64,000 nucleotides of DNA from Desulfomicrobium sp. (GTDB lineage: Bacteria; Desulfobacterota; Desulfovibrionia; Desulfovibrionales; Desulfomicrobiaceae). Positions within the stretch are counted from its first letter, which is position 1. The number at the start of each line of letters is the position of its first letter. The DNA lies in contig JAXGMI010000001.1 in assembly GCA_040768745.1 (NCBI GenBank), positions 416,001 to 480,000 on the forward strand, given 5' to 3'. Both the position numbers and the translations under genes were made by a program. Under the pieces are notes generated by a model. The model was not told where the DNA came from, did not search any database, and saw only the letters and a program-made list of their open reading frames with translations. Positions 19,001-28,382 of the stretch are shown here, piece after piece.

Positions 19001-19075
19001 CGGTTCTTCGAGGCTGACAAAAATTGGCTGGCCCATGGATTCATAACGATTCCAGGAATTCAAAAATAGTTCCAT
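16052..19075 (-). CDS. Radical SAM / ArsM-like methyltransferase / Cys-rich (DUF5714-like) fusion protein
   Basis: CNLTCAHC plus LTGGEP radical SAM core; ArsM-type YGCG, DLGCGAG, SNCV and GECIAGA; C-terminal CxxC clusters, HGPEYH, CGFMGVCGAAVG, ARCCQR. Confidence 0.88.
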   Translation of the reverse strand: MELFLNSWNRYESMGQPIFVSLEEPHWFVPNPAGDSILQRLSDSTCAGPEGEAFLARIPRIRKASYLGRDRQVELGPVRELWFHVTNRCNLTCAHCLFTCSPKDDTELSAGSVSAIVEESYETGCRLFALTGGEPLVHAEIDAIVDGILSRRDTHLVMLTNGLKLLAFLDRNTPDPERFHVQISLDGLGDTHDLLRGQGAFTRLCRTLHGLRERAVPFTLSMCVTRDNVAQMMDVIDFAADRGAGNVHFMWYFVEGRGTPEKFPPLDDIFDNLTRATDLAERRGVGIDNVEALKSQIFAPAGTIHDGSSGGWESLAVGPDGRLYPSAALVGRPELATDMPDGLLEARLESPILQRIRGTSVAQIQSPWRFILGGGDMDHSYVHKGSFMGDDPYEPLHQRLALWLIAREARKHPRPVKPGIVLQMGETLRSCGAHGNVAFLHSNCLLATAQQDSLTSIKEFYTQAAGDTKEGILNPVCYAPDLIAHVPEAFRFRGYGCGSPVLDADVRPTERVVDLGCGAGVECFIASRLVGPDGSVIGVDMLDSMLHLARKAQPQVAANLGYDNLDFRGGYLESLPLQDESADVVVSNCVMNLSTDKRRAFSEILRVLRPGGRLVISDVVCESEPDAAIRNDEMLRGECIAGALNIAHLCALLEELGFTGVRLLKRFPYRQVAGHPFFSLTFSAQKPLNEDSVDVMYRGPLPYLLLASGTLLPKGATVAVTRQEADLLGDQVFQLGSDGTTLNVEAENTCACYRPPEKSRAPASDATAALKQGTGCMVCGAPLTYFRGDQERSCAYCGLSFRASGQCENGHFVCDACHGADAVEVIRHICLSSTEKDMLKLFVQIRQHPAVPVHGPEYHAMIPGIILTAYRNLGGEVSEKLIETAISRGRGIAGGFCGFMGVCGAAVGVGIAYSLLLDANPIKARERKQVQGVTQAVLAEIARFKAARCCQRDGWIALNKAAELSAKLLPVALSVNHVLRCMQSSQNAECLGPGCPLHPGGRSLRAL

Positions 19076-19382
19076 TAAAACTTTATCCTATTGTAATTCA
19101 ATAACAATAAAATACACTGTTCATGGAATACAATTTCTTGTTCAACATCGTCCTGACTCGCAATCAATTCGACGTATTGTTATTCTTTTTACAGGGAGGC
19201 TTCGTCCAGTTTATGCAGATAATGAACGACCTCCCAGCCATGCATGGTCATGGATTTTCTGCGGACCCACTCCCTCAGTCGGGATGTCATGGAACCCAAG
19301 CTGTGGGCCAGACAGTTTTTTGCAGGTGCCAACACCCTGGCCGGAGAGCCCTTTTCCGTTCATCCCGGCTTTCTCCCGGAGT

Positions 19383-20579
19383 TCAGGCATTAACCCACCC
19401 CCAGACCGCGTGCACGGGATCGGAATGCTGGATCATGGGGTAATACCGGTCCCGGGCGTCCATGGGCCGGGGCCACCCGCGTTCGGACAAGGTATGGAGG
19501 CCCTGGAAACGGCCGCTCAACCGGAACATCTGGGCAACCATCGCCACGCGCTCAAATTCGTGCAGTTCTGTCCAAATCCGCACGGCCTGGTCCGGGAACC
19601 AGCGGTGTGAAAAAACCATGACGCACAAACCCCCCGGTTCAAGCACCCGTGCAACCTCCCGGAACACGTCCACCGGACGGGTCAGGTACTCCACGGACAG
19701 GCTGCAGACCACGGCGTCGAAAGATCCTTCCCCATAAGGCAGGACAGGGTTGGCGTTCAGGTCGTGCACGAGAAACGTTGACAAGGCCGGATTGTCGGCC
19801 AGCTCCTCCGCGTTCATGCCCAGCCCCGAGGCTGTCACCCCGTGGGGCAGGTGGGACTGCCAGCCGGCCATGAGGTCCAGGATGCGCTTCTTGCCGGTCA
19901 GGAGGCTCGCGTAGATGCCCTCGATGACGGCCCTGGCCTGGCTGTCTACGTGGGCAACCTTGCGCGGGGTGGAGTAGAACGCGGCATCGTTCCCCCCCAG
20001 CGGTTTGTCCAGGGGCCTGCCCAGACCGAAATCCATGCCCTGGGCAGGCTTCCTTTTCAGCCCCGGACCGTCGGTCAGGGCGCAGATCCAATCCTGGCAC
20101 TGTCCCCCGAACTCGGCAGTCTTGGCCCAGACATCCAACGCCGCAATGTCCAGTTCCGCGTGGACGCCAGCCAAAGGGTGATTCAGATCCACTGTCAGCG
20201 TGGTCTCGTCCATGTCGATGACGCGGAACGGGTTGATATTCTGGGGGAAAATTCCAGGCAGGCCGCGCAACACCCCCTGGGGATAGAAACGGCCCCGCAC
20301 CGGTACGATGCCCGTCATCCCGGGCTTGAAGCTGGACCGGGAAACACGCTGCACCTTGCCTTCATCACGGCACGGCAGATGGATTCCAGGCATGAAAGGC
20401 ACACGGATGGACGACCCTTTCTCCAGTCCGGTCAACGCTTTTCCCAACTCCCCTGGAAAATAATCACGCCACATGTTCACGTTCTGGGCATAGAACCTGT
20501 CTTCGTGGCAGATGTCGTGTTCCTCCCAGTGCAGACGGAAATGGACATTGGCCAGGGTGTCTGTGCAAATGGCGGTCAT
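19383..20579 (-). CDS. SlyD/FKBP-like domain fused to a class I SAM methyltransferase
   Basis: N-part VDLNHPLAG (FKBP C-terminal motif); C-part DAAFYSTPRKVAHVD, ILDLMAGWQSH, FDAVVCSLSVEYL, FSHRWFP; GGAGG RBS. Confidence 0.8.
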   Translation of the reverse strand: MTAICTDTLANVHFRLHWEEHDICHEDRFYAQNVNMWRDYFPGELGKALTGLEKGSSIRVPFMPGIHLPCRDEGKVQRVSRSSFKPGMTGIVPVRGRFYPQGVLRGLPGIFPQNINPFRVIDMDETTLTVDLNHPLAGVHAELDIAALDVWAKTAEFGGQCQDWICALTDGPGLKRKPAQGMDFGLGRPLDKPLGGNDAAFYSTPRKVAHVDSQARAVIEGIYASLLTGKKRILDLMAGWQSHLPHGVTASGLGMNAEELADNPALSTFLVHDLNANPVLPYGEGSFDAVVCSLSVEYLTRPVDVFREVARVLEPGGLCVMVFSHRWFPDQAVRIWTELHEFERVAMVAQMFRLSGRFQGLHTLSERGWPRPMDARDRYYPMIQHSDPVHAVWGWVNA

Positions 20580-20669
20580 GACTGCCTCCAATTTTTACGT
20601 AATGAGAATTTTTTCTATTAATAGGAGAACGCCGGCAGTCAAGAACCGAGCGCCCTGCGAAATTCAGAC

Positions 20670-20695
20670 AAAAAAAGGCGTCCCCATGGACGCCC
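20670..20695 (-). terminator. Intrinsic terminator after the ferredoxin
   Basis: Minus strand GGCGTCC-ATGG-GGACGCC followed by a T7 tract. Confidence 0.7.
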
Positions 20696-20721
20696 CAGTC
20701 ATGGAGTTTGAACCAGCAATC

Positions 20722-20916
20722 CTATTCGATGACTTCGATGCAGTCGTCAGGACAGTATGCTGCGGCCTTGCGGGCCAGATCTTCCTCGCAAGGGTTTTTC
20801 AGCACCATGGCCACATGCGCCCCCTCGTCGTAGGCAAAAATATCCGGGGCCATTTCCACACAAGCCAGACAACCCGAGCAACAGGGCCGGTTCAGGGCCA
20901 CTTCCACCATTCTCAT
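20722..20916 (-). CDS. Single-cluster ferredoxin
   Basis: CSGCLACVEMAP...CPDDCI; overlaps the aminotransferase stop. Confidence 0.85.
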   Translation of the reverse strand: MRMVEVALNRPCCSGCLACVEMAPDIFAYDEGAHVAMVLKNPCEEDLARKAAAYCPDDCIEVIE

Positions 20917-22067
20917 CGCACTCCTCCCAGATATTTTTCAAGCCGCCGCATGCCTTCTCCGATGTTCTCGATGGAATTGGCGTAGGAAAAACGGATGTAC
21001 CCCTCGCCTCCTGGCCCGAAATCCACGCCCGGCGCCACACCCACGCCAGCCCGCTCCAACAGGTCGAAGGTGAACTGCATGGAGTCGCTGGTGAACTTCC
21101 TGGCGTTGGCAAAAACATAAAAAGCGCCCGTGGGCTCGACCTTGATGCCGAAGCCAAGCTCCCGCAGTCGGTCGATCATAAACCTGCGGCGCTGGTCGTA
21201 GATGGCTTTCATGCGCTCCACATCCGGCCCGGCCTGGGTCAAGGCGGCCACTCCGGCCCACTGGGCGATGGAACTGGTGCACAGAAAAAAGTTCTGCTGC
21301 ATGGTCTGCAGACGGTTCATGTAGCCCCTGGGCGCGATGACAAATCCAAGCCTCCAGCCAGTCATGGCGTACAGTTTGGAGAACCCGTTGAAAACGAAGC
21401 AGTTGTCCGTAAATTCCAGGGCCGAATGTTCCTCTCCGGCATAGACCAGACCGTGATAGATCTCATCGGAAAAAATTGGGACTCCCAACTCAGCCAGATC
21501 CCGGAACACCTCCGGACTGACCAAGGTGCCCGTGGGATTGGCCGGGGAATTGACCAGGATGCCGCGCACGTCTTCACCCATGCGGGCCTTGACCCGGTCA
21601 ATGCGGAATTGGAACCCGTCTTCCTCGCGGACCGGCACAAAGTCCGGCACAGCTCCGGTGAAACGGATGAAGTTCGGGTAGCAGGCGTAGCTGGGGTCAG
21701 AGAGCAGGACCCGGTCTCCGGGTTGGAACAGGAGCGAGAAAACGAGCAGCATGGACGGCGACGTGCCCGAGGTGACAAGCACCTGGTCGGGATGGACCGG
21801 GACGCCGTACTTGGCATGATAGTGGGCGCAGATGGCCTCACGCAGCTCGATGATGCCCAGGGAATGGGTGTACTGGCAGCGACCGTCGCGGATGGCCTTG
21901 CAGGCGGCCTCCTTGACGCACTCGGGCGTGTCGAAATCGGGCTCTCCGATCTGCAGATGCACAATGTCCCGTCCTTTCTTTTCCAGGGCGCAGGCCCGCT
22001 CCAGGACGTCCATGACCTTGAAGGAACTCAAATCCTGGCAGCATGGGTTGATGCGGCATTCGTTCAT
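20913..22067 (-). CDS. PLP-dependent aminotransferase class I/II (aspartate aminotransferase-like)
   Basis: IGEPDF, NSPANPTG, SDEIY, FSKLYAMTGWRLG (PLP lysine), YIRFSYA. Confidence 0.92.
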   Translation of the reverse strand: MNECRINPCCQDLSSFKVMDVLERACALEKKGRDIVHLQIGEPDFDTPECVKEAACKAIRDGRCQYTHSLGIIELREAICAHYHAKYGVPVHPDQVLVTSGTSPSMLLVFSLLFQPGDRVLLSDPSYACYPNFIRFTGAVPDFVPVREEDGFQFRIDRVKARMGEDVRGILVNSPANPTGTLVSPEVFRDLAELGVPIFSDEIYHGLVYAGEEHSALEFTDNCFVFNGFSKLYAMTGWRLGFVIAPRGYMNRLQTMQQNFFLCTSSIAQWAGVAALTQAGPDVERMKAIYDQRRRFMIDRLRELGFGIKVEPTGAFYVFANARKFTSDSMQFTFDLLERAGVGVAPGVDFGPGGEGYIRFSYANSIENIGEGMRRLEKYLGGVR

Positions 22068-22347
22068 TACATTCCCCCTCATGAGTAAAGATAGGGGCGG
22101 CTTATACCCGTTCACGCCAAATCTCAAATCCGATCAAGGGAGGCGGTCATGGCGCCTTGCGTCCGCCCGCCTCCCATATTATGGCTTCGCCACTTTGCGT
22201 TCGGACCGACCCAGCGCAACGCCAAATCACAACGTATTCCATTTCCTTTCCCGTCAACGACGATTTTGCGGCCACGGCCCACCCGCGCGCAAACCACGCG
22301 GCCGGCTGCAGGACGCGTTGATACGGAAAAGCGATGAAGGAGATAGC

Positions 22348-23448
22348 ATGGGACTGAGCATAGGCATCGTGGGCCTGCCCAACGTGGGCAAATCCACCCT
22401 TTTCAACGCGCTGACCAAGGCCCAGAACGCCGAAAGCGCCAACTACCCGTTCTGCACCATCGAGCCCAACAAGGCAGTGGTTCCTGTGCCGGACCCGCGT
22501 CTGTACAAACTGGAGGAACTGGTCAATCCCCAGAAGGTGGTTCAGGCCACCGTGGATTTCATCGACATCGCCGGGCTGGTCAAGGGCGCGAGCCAGGGCG
22601 AGGGGCTGGGGAACCAGTTCCTGGCCAATATCCGCGAATGCGACGCCATCCTGCACGTGGTGCGCTGCTTCGAGAACGGCGACGTCATCCACGTCAGCGG
22701 CTCCGTGGACCCCATCCGGGACATCGAGATCATCGACACCGAGCTCGTCCTGGCCGACCTGCAGGCCGCCGAGCGCAAGGCCGACCGCCTGGCCAAGCAG
22801 CTCAAGGGCGACAAGAAGCTCGGCGTTCAGCTGGAACTGCTGCAGAAGCTCATCAGTCACCTGAACGCAGGCAAACCGGCCTCCGAACTCGAAGAACTGA
22901 AAAGCGACCTCGGAGCCGAACTGCGCAAGGACCTGCTGCTCATCACCTTCAAACCCGTCATCTACGGCATGAACGTGGACGAGGGGGGGCTGGCCGAGGA
23001 CAACGATTTCGTGCGGCAGGTTCGCGCCCTGACCGAAGCCCGCGGCTCCCGGGCCGTGAAGATCTCGGCCCGCATCGAGGAGGAGCTGGTCGGCCTCTCG
23101 CCCGAAGAGGCCCAGGAGTTCCTGGCCTCCTACGGCGTGACCGAGTCGGGCCTGGATCTCGTCATCCGCACGGGCTACGAGATGCTCGGTCTGTGCTCCT
23201 ATTTCACGGCCGGGCCCAAGGAAGTCCGGGCCTGGACGATTCGCCAGGGCTGCAAGGCCCCCCAGGCCGCGGGCGTCATCCACACGGATTTTGAGCGCGG
23301 CTTCATCCGGGCCGAGGTCATCGCCTTCGACGACTACGTCAGGCACGGGTCCGAGGCCAAATGCCGCGCCGCAGGGGTGCTGCGGGTCGAGGGCAAAGAA
23401 TACGTGCTCAAGGACGGCGATGTGGTCCACTTCCTCTTCAACGTCTAG
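22348..23448 (+). CDS. ychF: Redox-regulated ATPase YchF
   Basis: [49 protein letters not shown] domain [13 protein letters not shown]. Confidence 0.97.
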   Translation: MGLSIGIVGLPNVGKSTLFNALTKAQNAESANYPFCTIEPNKAVVPVPDPRLYKLEELVNPQKVVQATVDFIDIAGLVKGASQGEGLGNQFLANIRECDAILHVVRCFENGDVIHVSGSVDPIRDIEIIDTELVLADLQAAERKADRLAKQLKGDKKLGVQLELLQKLISHLNAGKPASELEELKSDLGAELRKDLLLITFKPVIYGMNVDEGGLAEDNDFVRQVRALTEARGSRAVKISARIEEELVGLSPEEAQEFLASYGVTESGLDLVIRTGYEMLGLCSYFTAGPKEVRAWTIRQGCKAPQAAGVIHTDFERGFIRAEVIAFDDYVRHGSEAKCRAAGVLRVEGKEYVLKDGDVVHFLFNV

Positions 23449-23593
23449 GAGGCCGCCCGAAACCCGTCTCCAAAATCGGCGTACCCATGCTGGGCCCACG
23501 CACGCCTTGCCACACGGGTTTTGAACGACCTCAACCTTTTGGATTTTATGAAGAAGGCCTGCAACACCAAGAATTTTCAACAGGCTCCAGGGG

Positions 23594-24346
23594 ATGAACA
23601 TGCTTGAGAACATCGACGTCATCCTCTTCCGCCCCAAATACCCCGAGAACATCGGCTCCGTGGCTCGTGCCTGCCTGAACATGGGCTGCGGCCAGATCGT
23701 GCTCGTGGACCCATGGAACTGGGACCTGGAAAAGGCCCTGCCTCTGGCCACGCACCACGCCCGGCACCTACTGGACACCGTGCGCATCCACTCCACTCTG
23801 GCCGAGGCCCTGGCGCCCTATTCCTTCTCCTATGGCACCACGGCCCGCACGGGCGGCTGGCGCAAAGCCATCCAGACCCCTGAGGAGGCCGCTCCACAGA
23901 TCATCGAGCAGCGCAATTCCGGGGGCCAGGTCGCCATCGTCTTCGGCCCCGAGGACAAGGGCCTGACCAACGACGAGACGGAGCTGTGCAACCACCTCCT
24001 GACCATCCCCACCACCGGAAGCCTGACGTCGCTGAACCTCAGCCAGGCGGTCATGGTCATGCTCTACGAGTGCTTCAAGAATTCCCTGACCAAGCCGTTC
24101 AAGGTCGCCGGATATCCCAAGGAGCGCTATATCAACCATGAGGAACGCGAGATTCTTTTCGCGCAGCTGCGCGAAACCCTCATGGACATCGACTATCTGA
24201 AGCCCGACAACCCGGACTACTTCATGCTCTCCATCAAACGCTTCCTGAACCGGGTCAACCCGAGGCTGAACGAATACAACCAGCTCATGGGTCTGTGCCG
24301 GCAGCTCCGGCGCATCGTGCGCATCGCCAAGAGCCGTCAGGCTTGA
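23594..24346 (+). CDS. trmJ: tRNA methyltransferase, TrmJ/LasT (SPOUT) family
   Basis: PKYPENIGSVARACLNMG, VFGPEDKGLTN, SLNLSQAVMVMLYE. Confidence 0.85.
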   Translation: MNMLENIDVILFRPKYPENIGSVARACLNMGCGQIVLVDPWNWDLEKALPLATHHARHLLDTVRIHSTLAEALAPYSFSYGTTARTGGWRKAIQTPEEAAPQIIEQRNSGGQVAIVFGPEDKGLTNDETELCNHLLTIPTTGSLTSLNLSQAVMVMLYECFKNSLTKPFKVAGYPKERYINHEEREILFAQLRETLMDIDYLKPDNPDYFMLSIKRFLNRVNPRLNEYNQLMGLCRQLRRIVRIAKSRQA

Positions 24347-24400
24347 TCCCGGACCGCTTCGCCCCGAACCGGTCCGAGACGTTGCCGGCCTCCCGCGGCG

Positions 24401-25120
24401 TCATCTTTCCCCGCAGGCGCTTCCCGGCCGGTTCCGCAGCTCCTCGATGAGCTGGATCTGCATGTCCTGAATCTCCAGCAGCCTCTGCCACTGCCGCGTC
24501 AGCAGGTGGTCCATCTTCTCGTTCAGGTGCTTTATCTCGAGCTCGGCCTTGAGGTTGACCTGGTAGTCGTTCTCGGAACGCAGGCGGTCCTTAGCCTCCT
24601 GGCGGTTCTGGCTCATCATGATGACCGGGGCCTGCAGGGCTGCCAGACACGAGAGCACAAGGTTGAGCAGGATAAAGGGGTAGGGGTCGAAGGCCTGCGC
24701 CGCCTGGTACGCGTTCCAGCAGATCCAGACCACGAGCATGCCGGCGAAGATGAGGATGAACTTCCAGCTGCCGCCGAAGTCGGCCAGCCTGTCGGCCAGA
24801 CGTTCGCCCAGGGTCAGGGAGTCCGAGTATTCCTCGTTGATGTTGGAGGAAAGCAGCTCCTGTTCCCGCAGGCTGCGCAGCACGTCCTCCTCCAACCGCG
24901 TCAGCTCGCCCTTCTCCTCCTCCAGCATTTCCGCCAGGTACCGATCCCTGAACTCGTTCAACTCCTCGGCGCAGACGCGGCTTTCGTCATGAAGGCCGGG
25001 ATGCAGGGCCATGATGAAACGTTGCAGCGAGGGCCGCAGCGCGGAGATGGGCACAAGGCTCTGAAGATCGCCGCTGCGGCCGCAAATGGCGCAGGCTTCG
25101 GCTGATGGAATTTCGGACAT
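24401..25120 (-). CDS. DUF1003 membrane protein
   Basis: GERLADRLADFGGSW, FDPYPFILLNLVLSCLAALQAPVIMMSQNRQ, NLKAELEI. Confidence 0.9.
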   Translation of the reverse strand: MSEIPSAEACAICGRSGDLQSLVPISALRPSLQRFIMALHPGLHDESRVCAEELNEFRDRYLAEMLEEEKGELTRLEEDVLRSLREQELLSSNINEEYSDSLTLGERLADRLADFGGSWKFILIFAGMLVVWICWNAYQAAQAFDPYPFILLNLVLSCLAALQAPVIMMSQNRQEAKDRLRSENDYQVNLKAELEIKHLNEKMDHLLTRQWQRLLEIQDMQIQLIEELRNRPGSACGER

Positions 25121-25188
25121 GACAGACTCCTTTTTCGGTATCGGATCATCCGCATCGCACTGGCCGCAGCCATCCCGGGTCAAACACA

Positions 25189-26643
25189 TCACCGACGGCC
25201 CATGGCCTGGCCCAATCGCCGTATTCCTTCCTCGATAATATCCTCGCTGTTGGACGCGAAGTTCAGCCGCATGCAGCCTTCGCCTTTTTCGGGATCGAGG
25301 TAGAAATTCCCGCCCGGCGCAAAAATCACCCCCTCGGCACAGGCTTTGACCAGCAGATCCGAAGCCCGAATCCCGTCCGGCAGCCTGGTCCAGACAAAAA
25401 GACCGCCCTTGGGGCGCACCCACGACGACCCTGCGGGCATATGCCGCTCCAGGGCGGCCAGCATGGCGTCCCGGCGGCGGCGATACACCGTGCAGGAGCG
25501 CTGCAGGTGGGCTGAATAGCGGCCCACGGACACGTAGTCCCGCAAGGCGCGCTGGATCAGGTTACAGGTGGCCAGGTCGTGGCAGCGCTTGGAACGGACC
25601 AGATGATCGTAGACGGGCCCGTCGGCGACCACGAAGCCCACCCGCAGGCCGGGGATGAGCATTTTGGAAAACGTGCTGACGTAGATAACCCGCCCGTCCG
25701 GATCCAGGGACTTGAGGGTGGGCTGGGCACGGCCCTCGTAGCGGATGTCCCCGACGTAGTCGTCCTCCAGAATGGGCACGTCGAAACGGCCAGCCAGATT
25801 GATGAGCTGTCTGCGGCGCTGACCGCTCAGGCAGGCCCCGGTGGGGTTGTGAAAATTGGGGATGGTGTACACGAGGCCGGGGCGGTGTCGCACCAGGACC
25901 TCCTCCAGCGCCTCCATATCCATGCCCTCTTCGTCGACACCCACCGAGTGGATGGCCAAACCCCGGGCACGGAAAACATCCAGGGCTCCGGCGTAGGTCG
26001 GCCGTTCCACCACCACTCCCTGGCCTGGAACCAGAAGCAGCGCGGCTGTCAGGGACAGGGCCTGCTGGGATCCGGCGGTGATGAGGATGCTGTCCGCGCC
26101 CGTCTGGATGCCCTGGCTGGCCAGAACCTGGGCCAGGGTCACGCGCAGGGGCCGGTAGCCGGCTATCTCCCCGTATTCGACGGACGCAGAGCCGTCCCGT
26201 CGCATGACTTGGCCCAGCATCCTGCGGAACTCGTCCATGGGGAAGAGCCTGGGGTCGCAGGCCCCGCCGTCCAGGGCGATCCAGTCCGTCTGGCGGCTGG
26301 CCTCGGGCAGGTAGGCGCTCATGGCCTCGTAGCCGCCGTACCGCAGCCGCCCCTGCCAGGCGGGCCAGTCCCCGGAACGGGATGCCGCGGCCGGTTCGCC
26401 CGGCGCGTGCGCCAGCACGTAGAAGCCGCTGCCCTGGCGGGAAGCGACGAGGCCCTCGGCCATGAGTTTGGCGTAGGCGCTCTCCACCGTGCCACGATTC
26501 ACGCCCAGACTCGCGGCCAGAGTTCGCACCGCCGGCAGCCGCACACCAGGGCGCAGGTTGCCGGTCAGGATGCTGTCCCGAAGGTGGTCGCTGATCTGTG
26601 CATAGAGTGGCAACCGCGAATCCGGATCAAGGGCCAGGCGCAT
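25189..26643 (-). CDS. MocR/GabR family PLP-dependent GntR transcriptional regulator
   Basis: N-terminal wHTH PLYAQI...RLPAVRTLA...VNRGTVESAY; aminotransferase-like domain PNFHNPTG, EDDY, TFSKMLIPGLRVG. Confidence 0.92.
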   Translation of the reverse strand: MRLALDPDSRLPLYAQISDHLRDSILTGNLRPGVRLPAVRTLAASLGVNRGTVESAYAKLMAEGLVASRQGSGFYVLAHAPGEPAAASRSGDWPAWQGRLRYGGYEAMSAYLPEASRQTDWIALDGGACDPRLFPMDEFRRMLGQVMRRDGSASVEYGEIAGYRPLRVTLAQVLASQGIQTGADSILITAGSQQALSLTAALLLVPGQGVVVERPTYAGALDVFRARGLAIHSVGVDEEGMDMEALEEVLVRHRPGLVYTIPNFHNPTGACLSGQRRRQLINLAGRFDVPILEDDYVGDIRYEGRAQPTLKSLDPDGRVIYVSTFSKMLIPGLRVGFVVADGPVYDHLVRSKRCHDLATCNLIQRALRDYVSVGRYSAHLQRSCTVYRRRRDAMLAALERHMPAGSSWVRPKGGLFVWTRLPDGIRASDLLVKACAEGVIFAPGGNFYLDPEKGEGCMRLNFASNSEDIIEEGIRRLGQAMGRR

Positions 26644-26654
26644 GGGACTCTCCG

Positions 26655-26709
26655 AAAATTGGACTGGTCATTTTTTTAAAAAATTGCCCCTTCTGGGAGG
26701 GCCAATTTT
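26655..26709. promoter_or_regulatory. Putative MocR operator: two direct boxes and one inverted box
   Basis: AAAATTGGAC (26655), AAAATTGCCC (26680) and inverted GGGCCAATTTT (26699), between the divergent regulator and DMT genes. Confidence 0.55.
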
Positions 26710-26751
26710 TCTCTAGACCACCTTCCATTCCAGCACAAGAAGGAGAAAATC

Positions 26752-27705
26752 ATGGCCATGTCCAGGTCCGCCCGAGGCTACACAGCCGCCCTTGTCAGCG
26801 CCATCTTCCTTTCCACCACCTCCATATTCATCCGCTACCTCGTCACGAACTTCGACATGCCTCCTCTCATTCTGGCCTTCTGGCGCAACGTCTTTGTCAT
26901 CGCCACCCTGGTGCCGGCCATGCTCCTCATCAACCCCCGCCTGTTGCGCGTGGAGTTGCGCCACATCCCCTTCCTGGCCATGTTTGGATCCATGATGGGG
27001 GCCTTCAACGGCCTGTGGGCCATTTCCGTGGCCAACAACGGCGCGGCCGTGGCCACGGTCATGGTCTACTGCTCCGTGGCCTACACCGCCGTCCTGGGCT
27101 GGAAGTTCCTGGGCGAGAGCATGGGATGGCTGAAAATCTCGGCCATCGCCCTGTGCATGGGCGGCTGTGCCCTCATCTCCGGGGCGCTGAACGCCGTGAC
27201 CTGGCAGGTCAATTTCCTCGGCATCGTTGCGGGTCTGCTGACAGGGATGTGCTACACCGCCTACAGTCTGATGGGGCGGATGACCTCGGAACGCGGCATC
27301 TCGCCGTGGACGACCCTCCTCTATATCTTCACCTTCGCTGTCCTCTTCCTCTTCCTGGTCAACCTCAGCGGCGGGCGCATCCCCGGTTCGGCCACCAACC
27401 TCGCGGACCTTTTCTGGCTGGGCGACAGCGTCAGGGGCTGGGCCGTGATGGTCCTCCTGGGCGCCATCCCCACGGTGGGTGGCTACGGATTCTACAACGT
27501 GAGCCTGTGCCTGCTGGACGCGAGCATCGCCAACATCATCGTGTCCCTGGAGCCGGCCTTCACCGCTGTCTTCGCCTATCTCATCCTGGCCGAGGTTCTG
27601 ACCCCCGTGCAGATGTTGGGCGGAGCCCTCCTCCTCTCGGGCGTGGCCGCCATCAAGTTGGCGGACTTGCGCAAAACCGCTCTCCCCGTGCCACAGGAAG
27701 CATGA
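26752..27705 (+). CDS. DMT/EamA family transporter
   Basis: Ten-TM EamA repeat (AFWRN, FLGES, SLEPAF); divergent from the MocR gene; AAGGAG RBS. Confidence 0.88.
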   Translation: MAMSRSARGYTAALVSAIFLSTTSIFIRYLVTNFDMPPLILAFWRNVFVIATLVPAMLLINPRLLRVELRHIPFLAMFGSMMGAFNGLWAISVANNGAAVATVMVYCSVAYTAVLGWKFLGESMGWLKISAIALCMGGCALISGALNAVTWQVNFLGIVAGLLTGMCYTAYSLMGRMTSERGISPWTTLLYIFTFAVLFLFLVNLSGGRIPGSATNLADLFWLGDSVRGWAVMVLLGAIPTVGGYGFYNVSLCLLDASIANIIVSLEPAFTAVFAYLILAEVLTPVQMLGGALLLSGVAAIKLADLRKTALPVPQEA

Positions 27706-27730
27706 AGCCCCGCAGGGCGGGGCTTCATGC
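27700..27730. terminator. Hairpin between convergent genes
   Basis: 14-bp perfect stem GCATGAAGCCCCGC-agg-GCGGGGCTTCATGC. Confidence 0.55.
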
Positions 27731-27749
27731 GCTGCGCCAAAGCAGCAGT

Positions 27750-28382
27750 TTATCTGGCTTCAGCTTCCCTGCGCACCATACGGATCAGTTCCGTCATGTT
27801 GCTGACCTCTGTCACCTTCCAATGCCCCTGCTGCTGGCGCTTGAGTCGCATCTGCAACGGATAACTGCGTTCGCTGCCATGATCATACATGCGGGCCGTG
27901 GCTGTGGCCGTGTCAGCCTTGGGACTGTCGCAGCGCACGGAGCGCAGTTCTTTGCGGGCCGTGGATGCATCGGCGAACAGGGCGGAAAGGATACCTCCGT
28001 TGGGCAGGTTTTTGGACCTTGAGGGCTGGCCGGAAAAATTCCCCGATGCCACACCCCAGACCACGAACTTCCGTGTCTCCTCGATCAGCAGCAGCCTCAT
28101 GGACTGGGCGGCCTGCGTCTCCCGGCCCGCGGCCAGGCCCCCTGACAGCATTTCCAGCAGGGGATCGCCCTCCCCTCCGGGCGGATTGCTGGCGAAATCG
28201 GCGATGAACTCATCCACCCCCTTGGTGATGACGCCGCCCACATCCAGGTATTTTTCCAGCAGGACCGGATCGTTGCTGTCCACGGCCCGTTGGATTCCAA
28301 CCAGGGCCTTGTCCGGGGCCTCGGCCGCGGCAGTCGGCATGGCCGCAACACAAATCCATAGCAAAATATACCACATCCGCAT
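27750..28382 (-). CDS. Exported hypothetical protein
   Basis: AGGAGG RBS, signal peptide (MRMWYILLWICVAAMPTAAAE), W.V..V.N C-terminal pattern. Confidence 0.75.
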   Translation of the reverse strand: MRMWYILLWICVAAMPTAAAEAPDKALVGIQRAVDSNDPVLLEKYLDVGGVITKGVDEFIADFASNPPGGEGDPLLEMLSGGLAAGRETQAAQSMRLLLIEETRKFVVWGVASGNFSGQPSRSKNLPNGGILSALFADASTARKELRSVRCDSPKADTATATARMYDHGSERSYPLQMRLKRQQQGHWKVTEVSNMTELIRMVRREAEAR

